Virus record (IMG/VR): IMGVR_UViG_3300033146_002435
Coordinates: 4,818 to 68,817 of that record
Length of the DNA: 64,000 nucleotides
Direction: 5' to 3' (one strand)
From: a virus
Position numbers and translations under genes: made by a program. Position 1 is the first letter of the stretch, and each line of letters starts with the position of its first letter. Below are positions 49,142-61,100 of this stretch, one piece after another. Below the pieces are notes generated by a model. The model saw only the letters and a program-made list of their open reading frames with translations. It ran no database searches and was not told where the DNA came from.

Positions 49142-49870
49142 ATGACCGGAATAAAAATTGAGCATATAGAGGCTGAAAGTACATTTAAGTTTACGGGGGC
49201 GAAAAAAGCTAACGTGAAAGATAATGACTACATGTACTTCAGGTTAATTAAACCAGTCTCCTTTGAGACTGTGCAGAAGATTCTCGGGGTTGACCCCAAC
49301 AAAAAAGGTATCTCGAAAGAAGAGAGTGACGAAATTCATGCCAAGATATATGATGCAATGGAAATAGTTGATGTTGTCAGCAGGTCACTTTACATCGATC
49401 CCGAGTACAACCAAATGGTTGATACACCTGAACGGCCCCACAAGAAATGGGATTGTACATACTTCCGTGACCGTCTCGCACCTTCGGAAGCCGATGCAAT
49501 CAGAAATCTCGTTATGTCTGTAAACCACACAGGTGGGGTGGCCCCGATGGTACGTCCATTCTTCCCGATCTCGAAAGCCCGCTACGAAAAAGAAATGCAG
49601 AGTGTGCTTAAACTGAGGAAGAAAAGAGCGGATGCGGTGGCAGAATACTGCGAAGGTATGGTAAAAATGAACCCAGGACTTGAGCATGAACCGGATGCCG
49701 ACAAAATTGACAGGATGACGGTTGCCCAAGCACACAGGTCTAAGGGAAACGACGAGTTTGGTATGCAAGACCCTGACACACCGACCTCTGTTTTCTCAAA
49801 CGCAGAGCAGGCTGAAGCCGTCCGAAAGGTGAAGTCTCAACTTAAAGCAAGAAACAGGGCATCCAGGTAA
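49142..49870 (+). CDS. hypothetical protein
   Basis: ATG 49142 with AAGGAGG RBS (track ORF from 49112). Confidence 0.7.
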   Translation: MTGIKIEHIEAESTFKFTGAKKANVKDNDYMYFRLIKPVSFETVQKILGVDPNKKGISKEESDEIHAKIYDAMEIVDVVSRSLYIDPEYNQMVDTPERPHKKWDCTYFRDRLAPSEADAIRNLVMSVNHTGGVAPMVRPFFPISKARYEKEMQSVLKLRKKRADAVAEYCEGMVKMNPGLEHEPDADKIDRMTVAQAHRSKGNDEFGMQDPDTPTSVFSNAEQAEAVRKVKSQLKARNRASR

Positions 49871-49882
49871 CGGAGGCACAAC

Positions 49883-50338
49883 GTGGCATTTGATCCCAGT
49901 GTAGGTTTTACAGATAGATTCGATATGATAAGGGCACACTGTGCCGGACTTGATGAGGATGAGCTTACAGATGCCACCATCGCCCTACCTTCGTATTACC
50001 TGAAGGAAACCATTCAGATTAACTCTGATTATCCGGACTATGACACTATGTCAGCGGATAATCAGAGTCTGATTAAACTTGGTTTCACTTATTTATCGGC
50101 TGCGAAACTTTGTGAAACGTACTGCAAAGGCAGAGTCTTTAGATTGACCGATAACAAAAGTCAGGCAGAGTTAGATAAAATTGATTGGGACGCTTTGGCA
50201 GCCACTCTCCGTGGCCAGGCCGACGATGTATTTCCGGAAATTGATGAAGATGTTGTGCCTGTGTCAGCGGGCCTCGTTCTTGCACCCTCTGCCTACAACC
50301 CTATTACAGGAGTCAGTCAGGGACTGATAGGTAGCTGA
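49883..50338 (+). CDS. probable head-tail adaptor
   Basis: Position and size; GGAGG RBS. Confidence 0.55.
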   Translation: MAFDPSVGFTDRFDMIRAHCAGLDEDELTDATIALPSYYLKETIQINSDYPDYDTMSADNQSLIKLGFTYLSAAKLCETYCKGRVFRLTDNKSQAELDKIDWDALAATLRGQADDVFPEIDEDVVPVSAGLVLAPSAYNPITGVSQGLIGS

Positions 50339-50339
50339 C

Positions 50340-51035
50340 ATGAGCATTAAACTGGCCAGAGTGACAGGCAGAATGGTGCACCATAATGTGACTGGAATAA
50401 GGTATCACAGTAACAACGTGTACTCATCCATCCACGTACCTTTTAAGTTCAAACAGTTTTCATCCGATGTGAAAAGAAAATCAGCAGCCTATGACCGCAT
50501 TGGCGTGACGTGTGCCAAAGAGTATCTGAAATCGGGTGAAGTCATGCTCGAAGGCGGGGATTATATCGTGATGAACTTGGGGACTGTGGACGAGGAGTGG
50601 ACTCTCGTCGCCCGGCTTGTCCTTGAGCAAGCAGCATTTCCTTGGTCTATCGATGAGAAGCCCACGCAATATTCGTGTGAGGCTTACTCCTGTAATGTCC
50701 TCATAGATGTGCTGAGTAAGACAGAAGTCATGAACGCAGACACAGGCATCATTTCTGAGATTGTGGGAACCACAGCGGTTGACATCCGTGGGTCAATCGC
50801 TTCAGCAGAGTTCTACTACCAAGAGCCAAACAACGAGCCAAAAGATGAGTTTTTCCTACGTCTTCCTAAGAATATCAATGTTCCGATGAACTCAATTATC
50901 GAGATCAAGTCAGGAAGCATTGTGCATGGCCTGTTACAGCACGATAAGTACATCGTGAAGTACGCAGAACCGGACGCACAGGGCGTGTCGATTTACCGCC
51001 TCGGGGAGAGCGAGGAAGCGGAGAATGTCGGGTAG
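50340..51035 (+). CDS. probable head closure / neck protein
   Basis: Position in the morphogenesis operon. Confidence 0.45.
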   Translation: MSIKLARVTGRMVHHNVTGIRYHSNNVYSSIHVPFKFKQFSSDVKRKSAAYDRIGVTCAKEYLKSGEVMLEGGDYIVMNLGTVDEEWTLVARLVLEQAAFPWSIDEKPTQYSCEAYSCNVLIDVLSKTEVMNADTGIISEIVGTTAVDIRGSIASAEFYYQEPNNEPKDEFFLRLPKNINVPMNSIIEIKSGSIVHGLLQHDKYIVKYAEPDAQGVSIYRLGESEEAENVG

Positions 51036-51684
51036 CACTTCATCACCTACGATACACATTGAAGTTATCACTGGCGATTTTCTTTCAAATAACCTTATAC
51101 CGGGAATTGAACAAAAAGTTTTGGCCACTTACCTAAAATCGTTTATCAATGTGCGGGGGGTTCCCGCAGACTGGGTATGGCACATAAAAGTTGATGGAAA
51201 GAGTGCGGAGGAATACATAGACAAGGGCAGAAGGGCCGTGGTGAATGCGTTTAATAAATTCGTCCATAAACAAATGAGAAGGGATCTCGGTATGCTGAGA
51301 GACTTGCTTGATTCCTATGGCCCTAATGAGTTGGTTTTCGGGGACATTAGATTACCTGCGTTAAGTGATGAGTATCTTGCCACTAAAGAGAAGAAGGCAA
51401 ACCCTATGTTTTTCCGGAAAAAGAATATTGCCACAAAAGAAGTGTTTTCTCAGGATGTCGATAAAGTTGCGTCGAGTGATGACTTTACCTCATTTGAGTG
51501 GAGTTCAGACAACGCCAAGTGGGTGGTATTTAATGAGGGGGACGACAATCAACCAAAACGACCCGCCATTCTTATCTTACGTGAATACTTCCAGGAAAGT
51601 GTGGATTCACTTATCCATAAATTGAATACACAACCCTACAAAACTTACGAGGACGTTGTGAGAATCATCACTGCGGGCGTATAA
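51025..51684 (+). CDS. probable tail completion / virion morphogenesis protein
   Basis: LPALSDEYLATK...FNEG..NQPKRP pattern; position. Confidence 0.5.
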   Translation: MSGSTSSPTIHIEVITGDFLSNNLIPGIEQKVLATYLKSFINVRGVPADWVWHIKVDGKSAEEYIDKGRRAVVNAFNKFVHKQMRRDLGMLRDLLDSYGPNELVFGDIRLPALSDEYLATKEKKANPMFFRKKNIATKEVFSQDVDKVASSDDFTSFEWSSDNAKWVVFNEGDDNQPKRPAILILREYFQESVDSLIHKLNTQPYKTYEDVVRIITAGV

Positions 51685-51706
51685 TAAAAAAAGAGGCGGT
51701 GGACTT

Positions 51707-52201
51707 ATGGTGTCAGCATATCGTGATTATGATGTTTTGGAGTGTTCCCTTATGTGGAATATGGCCGAGGCACGGAAGACTTTAATCGCAAGTCACCCTA
51801 CTACTGCGGACATGACTCTGTTTCTATTTGAACACGATCTGAGGAGAATGCGGGATGAGGTACAGGACTCGAGTATCATCGTAATCTATGGCCTTGGGCC
51901 CACAAACCCGTTTGAATTGAGCACTCGAAAGAGCTACCGAATCATCAATTTCCGGGTAGAATTCAAGAACTTAAAGCACAGAGAGCACGTTCATGTAATC
52001 AATGCGTTGAAGGAACAATTCAAGCCCGGACTGAGTTATCGTGTGTGGAACCCGAATGGATCGGAAAATATTGCCGATTATACTGAAATTACTCCGGGGT
52101 GGATACAAGACTTGCGAGATGGCAATGGGTATAATGGTAATGATGGAAGATACATCTTGCCTTTTTCTCTCGATGTGAGATTCCCTCGAGTTATAAATTA
52201 A
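51707..52201 (+). CDS. probable tail terminator protein
   Basis: Immediately upstream of the tail tube gene. Confidence 0.45.
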   Translation: MVSAYRDYDVLECSLMWNMAEARKTLIASHPTTADMTLFLFEHDLRRMRDEVQDSSIIVIYGLGPTNPFELSTRKSYRIINFRVEFKNLKHREHVHVINALKEQFKPGLSYRVWNPNGSENIADYTEITPGWIQDLRDGNGYNGNDGRYILPFSLDVRFPRVIN

Positions 52202-52216
52202 CAAGGAGATCATAAT

Positions 52217-54016
52217 ATGACACGTCAACTGACGCACCAACCCTTAACACTGAACACCGATGATCTACTCATCGGAGTTCCGGGTTTTCGGGTAAAAGAA
52301 ATTATCGAGGGATCAGCCTTTAGCGACACTCAGGCTGACTCCGCAACATCGCCACTTACTGAGGATGAGTCTATCGGTTGTATTCAATCCGGAACATTCT
52401 CTGCTGATGCGAGTTTCAAAACTCACGAATGTGGGTATCCAAAACTTGAATCTGCCCGTATCCTGGAAGAAAACAATGTAACCATGTCGGTTGTTTCCGA
52501 GGAAATTGGTTCATCCATCGTTCTCGGCCTGATCGAAGCTGCTTTGGAAAGAGCCAACGGGGGCAACAGTCGCAGATTCGCCACAGAGATGCTTTTTGAA
52601 AAGATGAGTGGTGGTGGCGTGTCAATTTACTGTGGTAACACGAATCTCTCACCCGATCTGAATATTTCAACTCAGGATGACTGGGTTGGTCTTCAGCTTG
52701 ATTTTGAAGGTCTTCTGAATAGCTCCTACACGAATCAGGATCTGGCGTACAGAGCAGTCTATACGGGTGCTTCTCGTGACTATCTTAATGGTTCTCACAC
52801 AAAAGACCCCAACGCTCTCGTCATCGGTTTTGCTCAAGTTCGTATGGGTGCTGTTACTCCTCGTGTTGCAGAAGTCGGAAACGGCAGTGTAATTGCTCCA
52901 CGTCTTTACCCTGCGTCTGGTTCTGCCACACTGTCAACTGAAATGGTTGCCAATACAGGAACGAACTACACAGGATCACTTGACGGTGCATTTCTTGTGA
53001 CTATCGTTGACACACCTGGAACTCTGCTTGGTACGAACTCAGGGGACACTTTTGATATGTCCACGGCAACAGGTGATAACACTTTGACATTTACCATTGA
53101 TGGTACTTCAGTTGCTGTTACCTTCACCGATGATGCTGCACTCTCTATTGACACGATTGTCAATGAAATTGCAACAGCAATTTCCCTTGCGGGAGCAGCG
53201 GGAACTGCGGAAGCGTGGACAAACCCCCACGGGGACACACAAGTTCTCATTTCTGCCACAGCCGGGCCTGCCACAGCGTGTGCAGTAACCGTGGCAAACA
53301 CTTCTCTCGGTTACGTGGTCGCAGCAGCAGTCACCGTGGATTCTTTCGACTACTACAAGCCTGATGGATCTCACGCATCCTCAGCAGCCATTACTGGGGC
53401 AGCTCAAACTTTGACTGACGGTGTAACAGTCACTTTCTCAAAAACCCACGGTTACTACTTCGGTGATACATTCGCAGTTGGTGTTGAGACGGGCGACGCA
53501 AAAAGCGATACTCCCTCGCTCACAGCGGTTTGGTCGCCAAAAGCGTACCTGAATCACACTGACTCTATCGGAGCTTTGCAACAGGCATCCTTCTCCATCA
53601 CATCTTCCGTGAAGGAACACTTCTCAGGTTATCCCCGGAAAAAAGATGCTGAGATTTCTGAGAAAGTTGAGATGGCATTGGACATCTCAGTTGAAGAGTT
53701 CACATACTCCTCGGGAGCCCTCGTAAAGGGTCTAGCCGATTCTCTGGCTGACATGGTGTTCGATTCCTCGATTAATGGTAGCCGATACCACGCTCCCTTC
53801 GAATTCGTAATGGAAACCTTGAACGGTGAAGTCATCACTTTCTGGTATCCGAACTGTGAGATTGCAGGACAGCTTGAGATTTCACCCTCGGATGATTGGG
53901 CAGCAATGCCTTTCCAGGCGATTGTTCAAAAGCAACCTGCTGCGAACTTCCACACCACGGCCCAATCTCCTGACCAGGTTTACCTGCACACGGACGATTT
54001 GTACCACATTTCATAA
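52217..54016 (+). CDS. major tail (tube) protein with internal domain duplication
   Basis: Position before chaperone and tape measure genes; two homologous segments (SIG...GYP...SEE/VEE...DDW); followed by a terminator. Confidence 0.75.
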   Translation: MTRQLTHQPLTLNTDDLLIGVPGFRVKEIIEGSAFSDTQADSATSPLTEDESIGCIQSGTFSADASFKTHECGYPKLESARILEENNVTMSVVSEEIGSSIVLGLIEAALERANGGNSRRFATEMLFEKMSGGGVSIYCGNTNLSPDLNISTQDDWVGLQLDFEGLLNSSYTNQDLAYRAVYTGASRDYLNGSHTKDPNALVIGFAQVRMGAVTPRVAEVGNGSVIAPRLYPASGSATLSTEMVANTGTNYTGSLDGAFLVTIVDTPGTLLGTNSGDTFDMSTATGDNTLTFTIDGTSVAVTFTDDAALSIDTIVNEIATAISLAGAAGTAEAWTNPHGDTQVLISATAGPATACAVTVANTSLGYVVAAAVTVDSFDYYKPDGSHASSAAITGAAQTLTDGVTVTFSKTHGYYFGDTFAVGVETGDAKSDTPSLTAVWSPKAYLNHTDSIGALQQASFSITSSVKEHFSGYPRKKDAEISEKVEMALDISVEEFTYSSGALVKGLADSLADMVFDSSINGSRYHAPFEFVMETLNGEVITFWYPNCEIAGQLEISPSDDWAAMPFQAIVQKQPAANFHTTAQSPDQVYLHTDDLYHIS

Positions 54017-54060
54017 TTTCCTCCACACTACCCGGTTCTCTCTCTTGCCGGGTAGCAAAG

Positions 54061-54099
54061 ATGCCCCTATGGTCTGACATACACCATAGGGGTATTTTT
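54061..54099 (+). terminator. intrinsic terminator
   Basis: CCCCTATGGT-loop-ACCATAGGGG followed by T-run. Confidence 0.8.
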
Positions 54100-54136
54100 G
54101 TTTTTGTGGTACAATATTTTTCCAAAGGGGGATTTC

Positions 54137-54964
54137 ATGCGAGAAATTGATATTATTGAGGCAATTCATTGTAAGGAAACAGCGGATGGAGTTTTTGAAC
54201 TCATACCTTTGGAGACAGATTTAACTCCAAGTATCCCGATACCCAAAGAGGTTGTCATCACTCTTGGTAAAAACGATAGGCTTCTTGAAGCATATTACCG
54301 ATATATCACATTGAGTAAACAATTTGAGGACGGCAACACTGATCCGAATTGGTTGCTTTCTGATGCGGAGATTCGGCTGATCCAAAAATCAATTCTCACT
54401 ATGCAGGCAGCCGAAAGGAAATTAGAGCGATTTGGCATCGATGTCAGTACGTTGAATACGCCTGAAAATATGGGTATGCTCGATCACCCCATGGTAAAGA
54501 GCTACATCAAAGCGATGGATGATAATGACCGAGTGAACATTGAGTTCACAGATAAACGGTTGGATCGGCAGAAGAGTGCGAACATTCTTACGGTACAGCA
54601 ACGGTTTATCATCGATGTATTCCTTATCGTAACTGAGGACATGAGCGATACGATGGCACCTAAAAAGAGGTACACTGAGGAAGAACTGCTGAATGAACCT
54701 TACTGGGCCCAGCAAGCTGATTTACTCCATGATGTTTTTCACATGGTTCTCAAATACGTCCTCACCGAGTTGGACATCAGGGTAAAAAAAACAAAAGTTG
54801 TTTACGACCTATGCGAAGCAGTCGGGTCATTTCTTGCAGAATCAGTTCAAGAAAGGGGTCAAAAGACGAAGGATTCAATATCCTCGAGCAACTCAACGTC
54901 CTCGCAGGATTCGACCAGGCAAGGGTTCGAGAACTTAAAGAAAGTTACACTGAAAGAGAAATAG
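54137..54964 (+). CDS. tail assembly chaperone (G-like)
   Basis: Between tube and tape measure genes; ATG 54137 after GGGGG RBS. Confidence 0.65.
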   Translation: MREIDIIEAIHCKETADGVFELIPLETDLTPSIPIPKEVVITLGKNDRLLEAYYRYITLSKQFEDGNTDPNWLLSDAEIRLIQKSILTMQAAERKLERFGIDVSTLNTPENMGMLDHPMVKSYIKAMDDNDRVNIEFTDKRLDRQKSANILTVQQRFIIDVFLIVTEDMSDTMAPKKRYTEEELLNEPYWAQQADLLHDVFHMVLKYVLTELDIRVKKTKVVYDLCEAVGSFLAESVQERGQKTKDSISSSNSTSSQDSTRQGFENLKKVTLKEK

Positions 54965-55095
54965 GTAACTTGTGGGACTTGAGAGAACAATTTGATCCAG
55001 TGAATAGGTATATTGAGGCACATAATCGTTCTGCGGAACAGAGTCAAAAGGATAAAAAATCTTCGAGAGCTAAAAAGTTTAGGCCCCGGAGGTAG
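54784..55095 (+). CDS. tail assembly chaperone -1 frame extension (T-like)
   Basis: Overlapping -1 frame open from A_AAA_AAA at 54784-54790 to the stop at 55095. Confidence 0.55.
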   Translation, partial: KKNKSCLRPMRSSRVISCRISSRKGSKDEGFNILEQLNVLAGFDQARVRELKESYTEREIGNLWDLREQFDPVNRYIEAHNRSAEQSQKDKKSSRAKKFRPRR

Positions 55096-55185
55096 CATCC
55101 ACACCCGGACAGGTTGTACCATATACTTGTGGTTTACAGCCTACATGACGGTTTCCGATATGCATAAAACAAGTGGTGATTGATT

Positions 55186-58100
55186 ATGGTTGCAAAAGGT
55201 TCAGTTGAGATTACCCTCAGTGATAAACTGAGTAGTGACTTTGGTAAGGCACTAGGAAAGGTTGTAGACGACACAGCCAAGAAAGTTAGTACGCTCCAAA
55301 AGACCATGAAGGACTTTGGAGAATCTGCAAAAACTTCTGGTAAGAGTGCCGGGGAGGGTATGAAATCCTTCTCCTCTGCTCTTGGAGGTGTCGATAAACT
55401 GATTCATAGCACTCGTGGCGGTCTTAAAGAAATCGATGACCAGGTGAAGAAGGGCAATAAATCAGTAGCAGACATGGGCAAGGGCTACGAAAATGCTGCC
55501 GTATCTATTGCAAAGATGAAGGCTGTAATTGATGCTGAAATTGCTGTTCTTCGGGCGAGTATCAATGCGAAAGGTGGTATGGAGTCTGCCGATAAAGCAC
55601 TTGTTGAAAGAATGGGGGAACTTCAGGCAGCATCGGGAAAACTAAATAGTGAGTTGACTCACTTGAAAAAGTCCTATGAGTCCCAGGTTCCTGCTCTTGA
55701 TAAGGTATCAGCAAGTACCAAAAAATTTGAAACGACCACGGCACAATTAGCAAAGTCACTTAAACAGTACAGTGCCATTGACCAGAAGCACGCACAGAAC
55801 ATAACAAACATTTCTGCGAATATTGCAAAAGGAATTGGGTCTTACAAACAACTCGCTGATGCTTATGCAAAGAGAGCCACTAACTTAAAAGAGTCCATTC
55901 GGTTTGAAGTCCAATACGTGAAGCAGTTAAGAGAAGAGGCAGGAGCGAATAAAGAAGCCATCAAAGTAGCTGATGACAGGGCCCGAAACCTTGAGCTGAT
56001 GCTCAGGACTCTCCGTAGTGTAGAAATCGCTCAGGAGGGTGCTACACAGGCTCAAGTCAGGTATGCAAGTACAAGTCAGCAGTTGAAGGCATCGGAATCG
56101 GAGATGGCGGTCGCTCTCGGTAAGTCTGCCACGAGTTACGAAAAACTCGTGGCAGACCAAAAAATTCTCATTGAGATGGAAGCGAAGGGCATTGTGTCCT
56201 CAAATAAGGTGGCCAGTTCCTACGAGAAAAGGTATAAAGCCATCAGTACCCTGATAGAGAACACTAAAAAGCAGATCAGTATGGCCAAAATGGACAACAA
56301 AGAATCTGTGGAATCCAAAAAGACATTGGATCATCTTGTGAGTTCTCTAAAGAAGTATGAAAAAGAAAAGGAAAAGGTTACTAAACTGACAGCAACGGCT
56401 ATCGCTGCTACGAAGAAGAGTAATGTTGAACAGGTAAAAGAAATCACTGGTCTGGCCAAAGCTGCGAAGGCCTACGACAACATGCTTTCTAAACTCAGGA
56501 ATCTTGAGAAGGCATATAAGGGTCTTATCCATAATCTTGAGTCAAAAAATAAGCTGACGGACAAGGAAGCACAGAAACTTAAACTTTTAAAGAGTCAGTA
56601 CGCAGGTGTGCAAAGTAGCCTGAAAAAATTATCAAGTGGTCACATAGCTGCATCTAACTCCACTAAAAAGATGACGATAAGCACTACCCAACTCAGCCAA
56701 GCCATGATGCTTGCGGGTGGTAGCATGTCCCGGATCTCGTATGGCCTGACAGCACTGGCCTCTATTGGGCCCCAGGTAGCTGCGGGATTGGGAGTTGTTA
56801 TTGCAGCAATGGCTGCCTTTAAACTGGCTTTCAAAGTTGCGAGTGAAGCTGTTGATTTCTTTAAAGAAAATTTGAAAGCAAGTATCAACGAGTTCTCTGA
56901 GTTTGAGCGGATGATTATGGGTGCTGTCGCAGTTACGGGCGAGGGGGCCTCAACATTTTACGAAATTGGGGATGCTGCTAGAAAGGTCGCCATAGACTTC
57001 ACCTTTTCAAGTAAAGAAATTGCGAAGGGTTTCATCACCCTGGGCCAGGCAGGTTTTTCAGCAAAGGAATCCCTGAGTGCGATACGAAGTGTTGCCGAGC
57101 TTGCACAGGCCACGTTCAGTAGTTTGGCGAGTTCCTCGGATCTCATGACTACCTCAATCAGAGCCTTTGACTTAGAAGTCACTGACTCGGATAGAGTTGC
57201 TCAACTTTTCGCAGCCACGATAAATAATAGTAAAACGACATTAGACGGTTTGAGAACAGCATTCAACTACGTTGGCGTGTCAGCCCACCAAATAGGCATA
57301 TCTTTGGAGCAAACGGCTGCCGCCCTTGGAACACTGAACAACGCAGGTCTAAAGGCTTCAACGGCTGCCACGGGCCTCCGGGGTATCTTTGGTAAGCTGT
57401 TGGCCCCAACCGCCAAGTTTAGGAAAGAATTGGAGAAAGTAGGACTCACGGTAGAAGACGTTGACCCTAGAGTTCACGGTCTGTCGGCTACTCTCCGTAC
57501 ATTGCGGGACGCAGGATTTGACGTGCAGAGTGCCTACTCCGGTCTTGACAAAAGGATCGCTGCCTCGGCCACGGCCTTAATTGCTAATGTGGATGCTTTC
57601 GATCAGCTTGGGGCTAAGATCACAGGAACGAGTGACGCAACTGTAAACGCTGCCCTTCAAATGTCTACTCTTGCGGGTAAAACTGCTATTCTGAAGAACA
57701 CTCTTGAAAACCTTCACATATCTATAGGGGATGAGTTGTCACCCTCACTGAAAGATTTGGCGGACAAACTCACATACACCCTGAATAACAATCAGGATTT
57801 GATTGAGTCATTTACTGATTTAAGTAATGTCGTTCTTAATATGGCGAATGTATTGCTAGACTCATTTAACGGGATAGGCGAAAAGTCTAAGTTGTTACAA
57901 GATAGTATGGATGTCCTGCATACCTCCGTGTCCGCAATCCTAAAGTCTAATCCGATCACATCACCCTTTGGTATCGGCATGGATTATCTGCGGGACAAAA
58001 TGTCTAAATTGGTCAAAGAGTCCGAGAAGTATGAGAAAACCACAGCTCATTTGACAAAAGCACTTCAAAAGCAGGTTAACACGAATAAAATTTTAAAGAC

Positions 58101-61100
58101 TGGCTATCGAGACACGATTGATATTCTTCGAGATGTTGAAACTTCTGAGCAGGATAGACTGAACAGCATTGACATGATGGTAGAAGCCTTGAAGAAACAA
58201 GGGGAAAGCGAGGAGGTCATCAACGGAATCCGGGTAGCTCAGATGAATGGCATAGATGATTTAATCGCCAAACTTGAGGAGCTTCGGCTTAAAAGAGAAG
58301 AGCAGGAACGTGGTGCAAATTTCGATTTGTACGTGTTGTCTATCACGAGTACCTCGGAGGCATTGGGGAGCCTGGTTGAGGATGTAAACAAAGCCAGTGT
58401 TGCTATGCTGAAAGCGAGGCAGATCACGGAAGGCGTTACCGTAAAGAACAACGAGAACACGTCTAGCATTCTTGATGCCATTACCGTAAATGAAAGTTAT
58501 CGAGGAGTCCTTCAAAATAACATTGCGACGATGGACGCAGTGGCCAGGCAAAGTGCCATCAATATTACGGCACTTGAGAATGAGGCAGGTGGTACAGAGT
58601 TACTTCTCAGTAAGATAAGAGATTTACAGGATCTCAGGGTCAATGCAACAAACGGACAGAGGGTTCAAATAGATCTCACCCTTGAGCATATTAAGGCTAT
58701 GTCAGATTCTGAGCTTGTACATCTGGCAGTCACACAGGCGTTGATTGACACTGATGCAGCCTACACTAGATTTAAAGAAACTTTATCAGAGATGAACTTG
58801 GACATAGACACACACTCGAAGCTGTTCGGGGAAGCACGAGCTGCCTACCTGAATGCCAAGACTGAACTTGATAATTTGAATGCAAGCATGTCTGCCCTGG
58901 CTGAAGCGGGCGGTTCGGGTTCCACAGAATTCATGCTGATGGAAACAAGAGTCGTGGCCTTGGCTGACGCAATGCAGGGTCTTAACGACGAGTTTGGGGA
59001 TTTTGAAAAGTCTGTTGAATCCGCTAAGGAAATCATGACTCAGTTTGACAAGGATATTGCCGAGTCGGCAAGAACCTATGCTGAAGATAGGAAAGTTGAA
59101 CTTTTTCAGGAAACCGAAAAATTACGAAAAGAATATGAAAGTAGGTTGATAAGTTATAAAGCGTATCAAGACGGCATGGCCACACTTGACACAAAACGCA
59201 GTGAGTTGTCCGACGATCAGACAAAACACAGAGCAGAATTTATCATAGATCAAGCTGAATCGATTATTGAAAAGGAAAAAGCTGCTCTTCAGAAAAGATT
59301 AGATAATGAGAAGAAGTACAATAAAGACGTACTGAAATCCGCTCAGGAGTACCACGATCTTTTCATGGAGATGAAGAAAAAAGAACGTGATGCCGTACAG
59401 GATCTTGTTGACTCTATCTCCGAGAAAATAGATGCTTTCCGTAAGCTCTACGACGAAGCATCCGATGGGATGGACAGTTCTGCGGATAGCATTAGTAAGA
59501 ATATTGAAAAGACGGGTGACACCTACAATAAGGTCATGGGCAAAAATAGAAGAGCCACTGACGAAGTTCGTGATAGTTACTCAAAAATGATTAAAGCCGA
59601 GAGTAGGCTGAATGATGCGACGCAGGAACTTAATGAGGGGATTGCAGACTTAAATGAAAGGTTCCCCGAAGGCAAACGAAATTCCCAGGCGTACATCGAT
59701 GCAGTTGACCGACTCAAAGAGTCCGCAAAAGAAGTGGCAACCCGGAGCAATGAGGCATCGAGTGCCACGGCATCGTTTGGGTCTACACTGGCCAAGAATA
59801 AGGATAAACTTAACGAGGGTGCTTACAACTCTTACGCCAATGCGATTCGTGGGGTCGGGTCATCCATGAGCGGGGCCAAAATTGCTAACGATGACATGAA
59901 TCGGACGATTAAGGAGGGTAGTAAGGAGGCTTTGTCCTCTGCGGAAAAATCTCTTGGTGGGTACCAAAAGAAGGTGCAGGAGTTTAGCAAAGTTATCGCA
60001 ACTGCTGATAAAGCTCAAGTGTCAATGATAGCCAAGTTGAAAAATGTTGGAATATCTATTGATGGAAACATTGATAAATTCGCTAAGTTGGCCGAAGGTT
60101 CTACGCAAAATATTGAAAAAATTATAGGCAAACTTGGGGAGTTGCGGGGAGCAGCAGATGTTATTGAATTAGTTATTAAACCCGCAAGTGAGACAGACTC
60201 TAACTTGAATGCCCTAAAAGACACCCTGGGGGGTATTAAAGACTTGGCCTCCGTGGACATAGAGTTCATAGAGGATGCTGAGTTTAATCTGGATAAGGTT
60301 AAAGGTGACTTTGACGACGTGAAGTCAGAGATAGAATCCACTCCCATTATGGTTCCCATACATCTTGAACTGGATGCTGAGTCACAGGATATTTGGACAA
60401 ACCTTCACGGTAGCTCAAGTGGCACACCCGCTAAGAAATTTGCCCGTGGTGGGCGAGTGGGTGAACGGGGTTACGGTGGTGGCGACCGGGTTCCTGCTCT
60501 TCTCGAAAAAGGTGAATTTGTTCTCCGGAAGGAGGCAACCCGGATGATCGGTGAAGCCACACTTCGACAGATGAACAGTCTTTCTCCGATTAGAATGGCG
60601 AAAGGGGGCGTGGTTTCCTCACCCGCTTCTAATACAGTCAATCGTTTTGCAGCCATTGATTATCTGCTACTCGACGTTCTCAAGTCTTTTTCCGAGTCCT
60701 CATCCCCTAAACTAAAAGCCGGAGTGGATAAAAAGGGAACTGGGTACATGTTTGACATGGCCGACATGCTCAAAAAACAAATGTCCGGGGCTTCGTCAGT
60801 AATTGACCGTGGTCTGTACAAGACGGCATTGGATGAACTCGTGGACAACATAAATAGGTACTTTGAAACTCTCATGAACACTGCGGGGAAACAAATGGGT
60901 GTCGATTTTTCAGCACCGTCTTTCTCTTCATCGAATTTAAGCTCAAGACAACTGAAATCGACTTATGCGAGTATCCTCGACGACTTGGCGAACCGGATGA
61001 GTTCAAGCAGTGATGTTGAGAAATTCGCTCGTGGTGGCCGTGTGGGCCGCAGAGGTTACGGTGGTGGCGACCGGGTTCCTGCCCTTCTCGAAGAGGGAGA

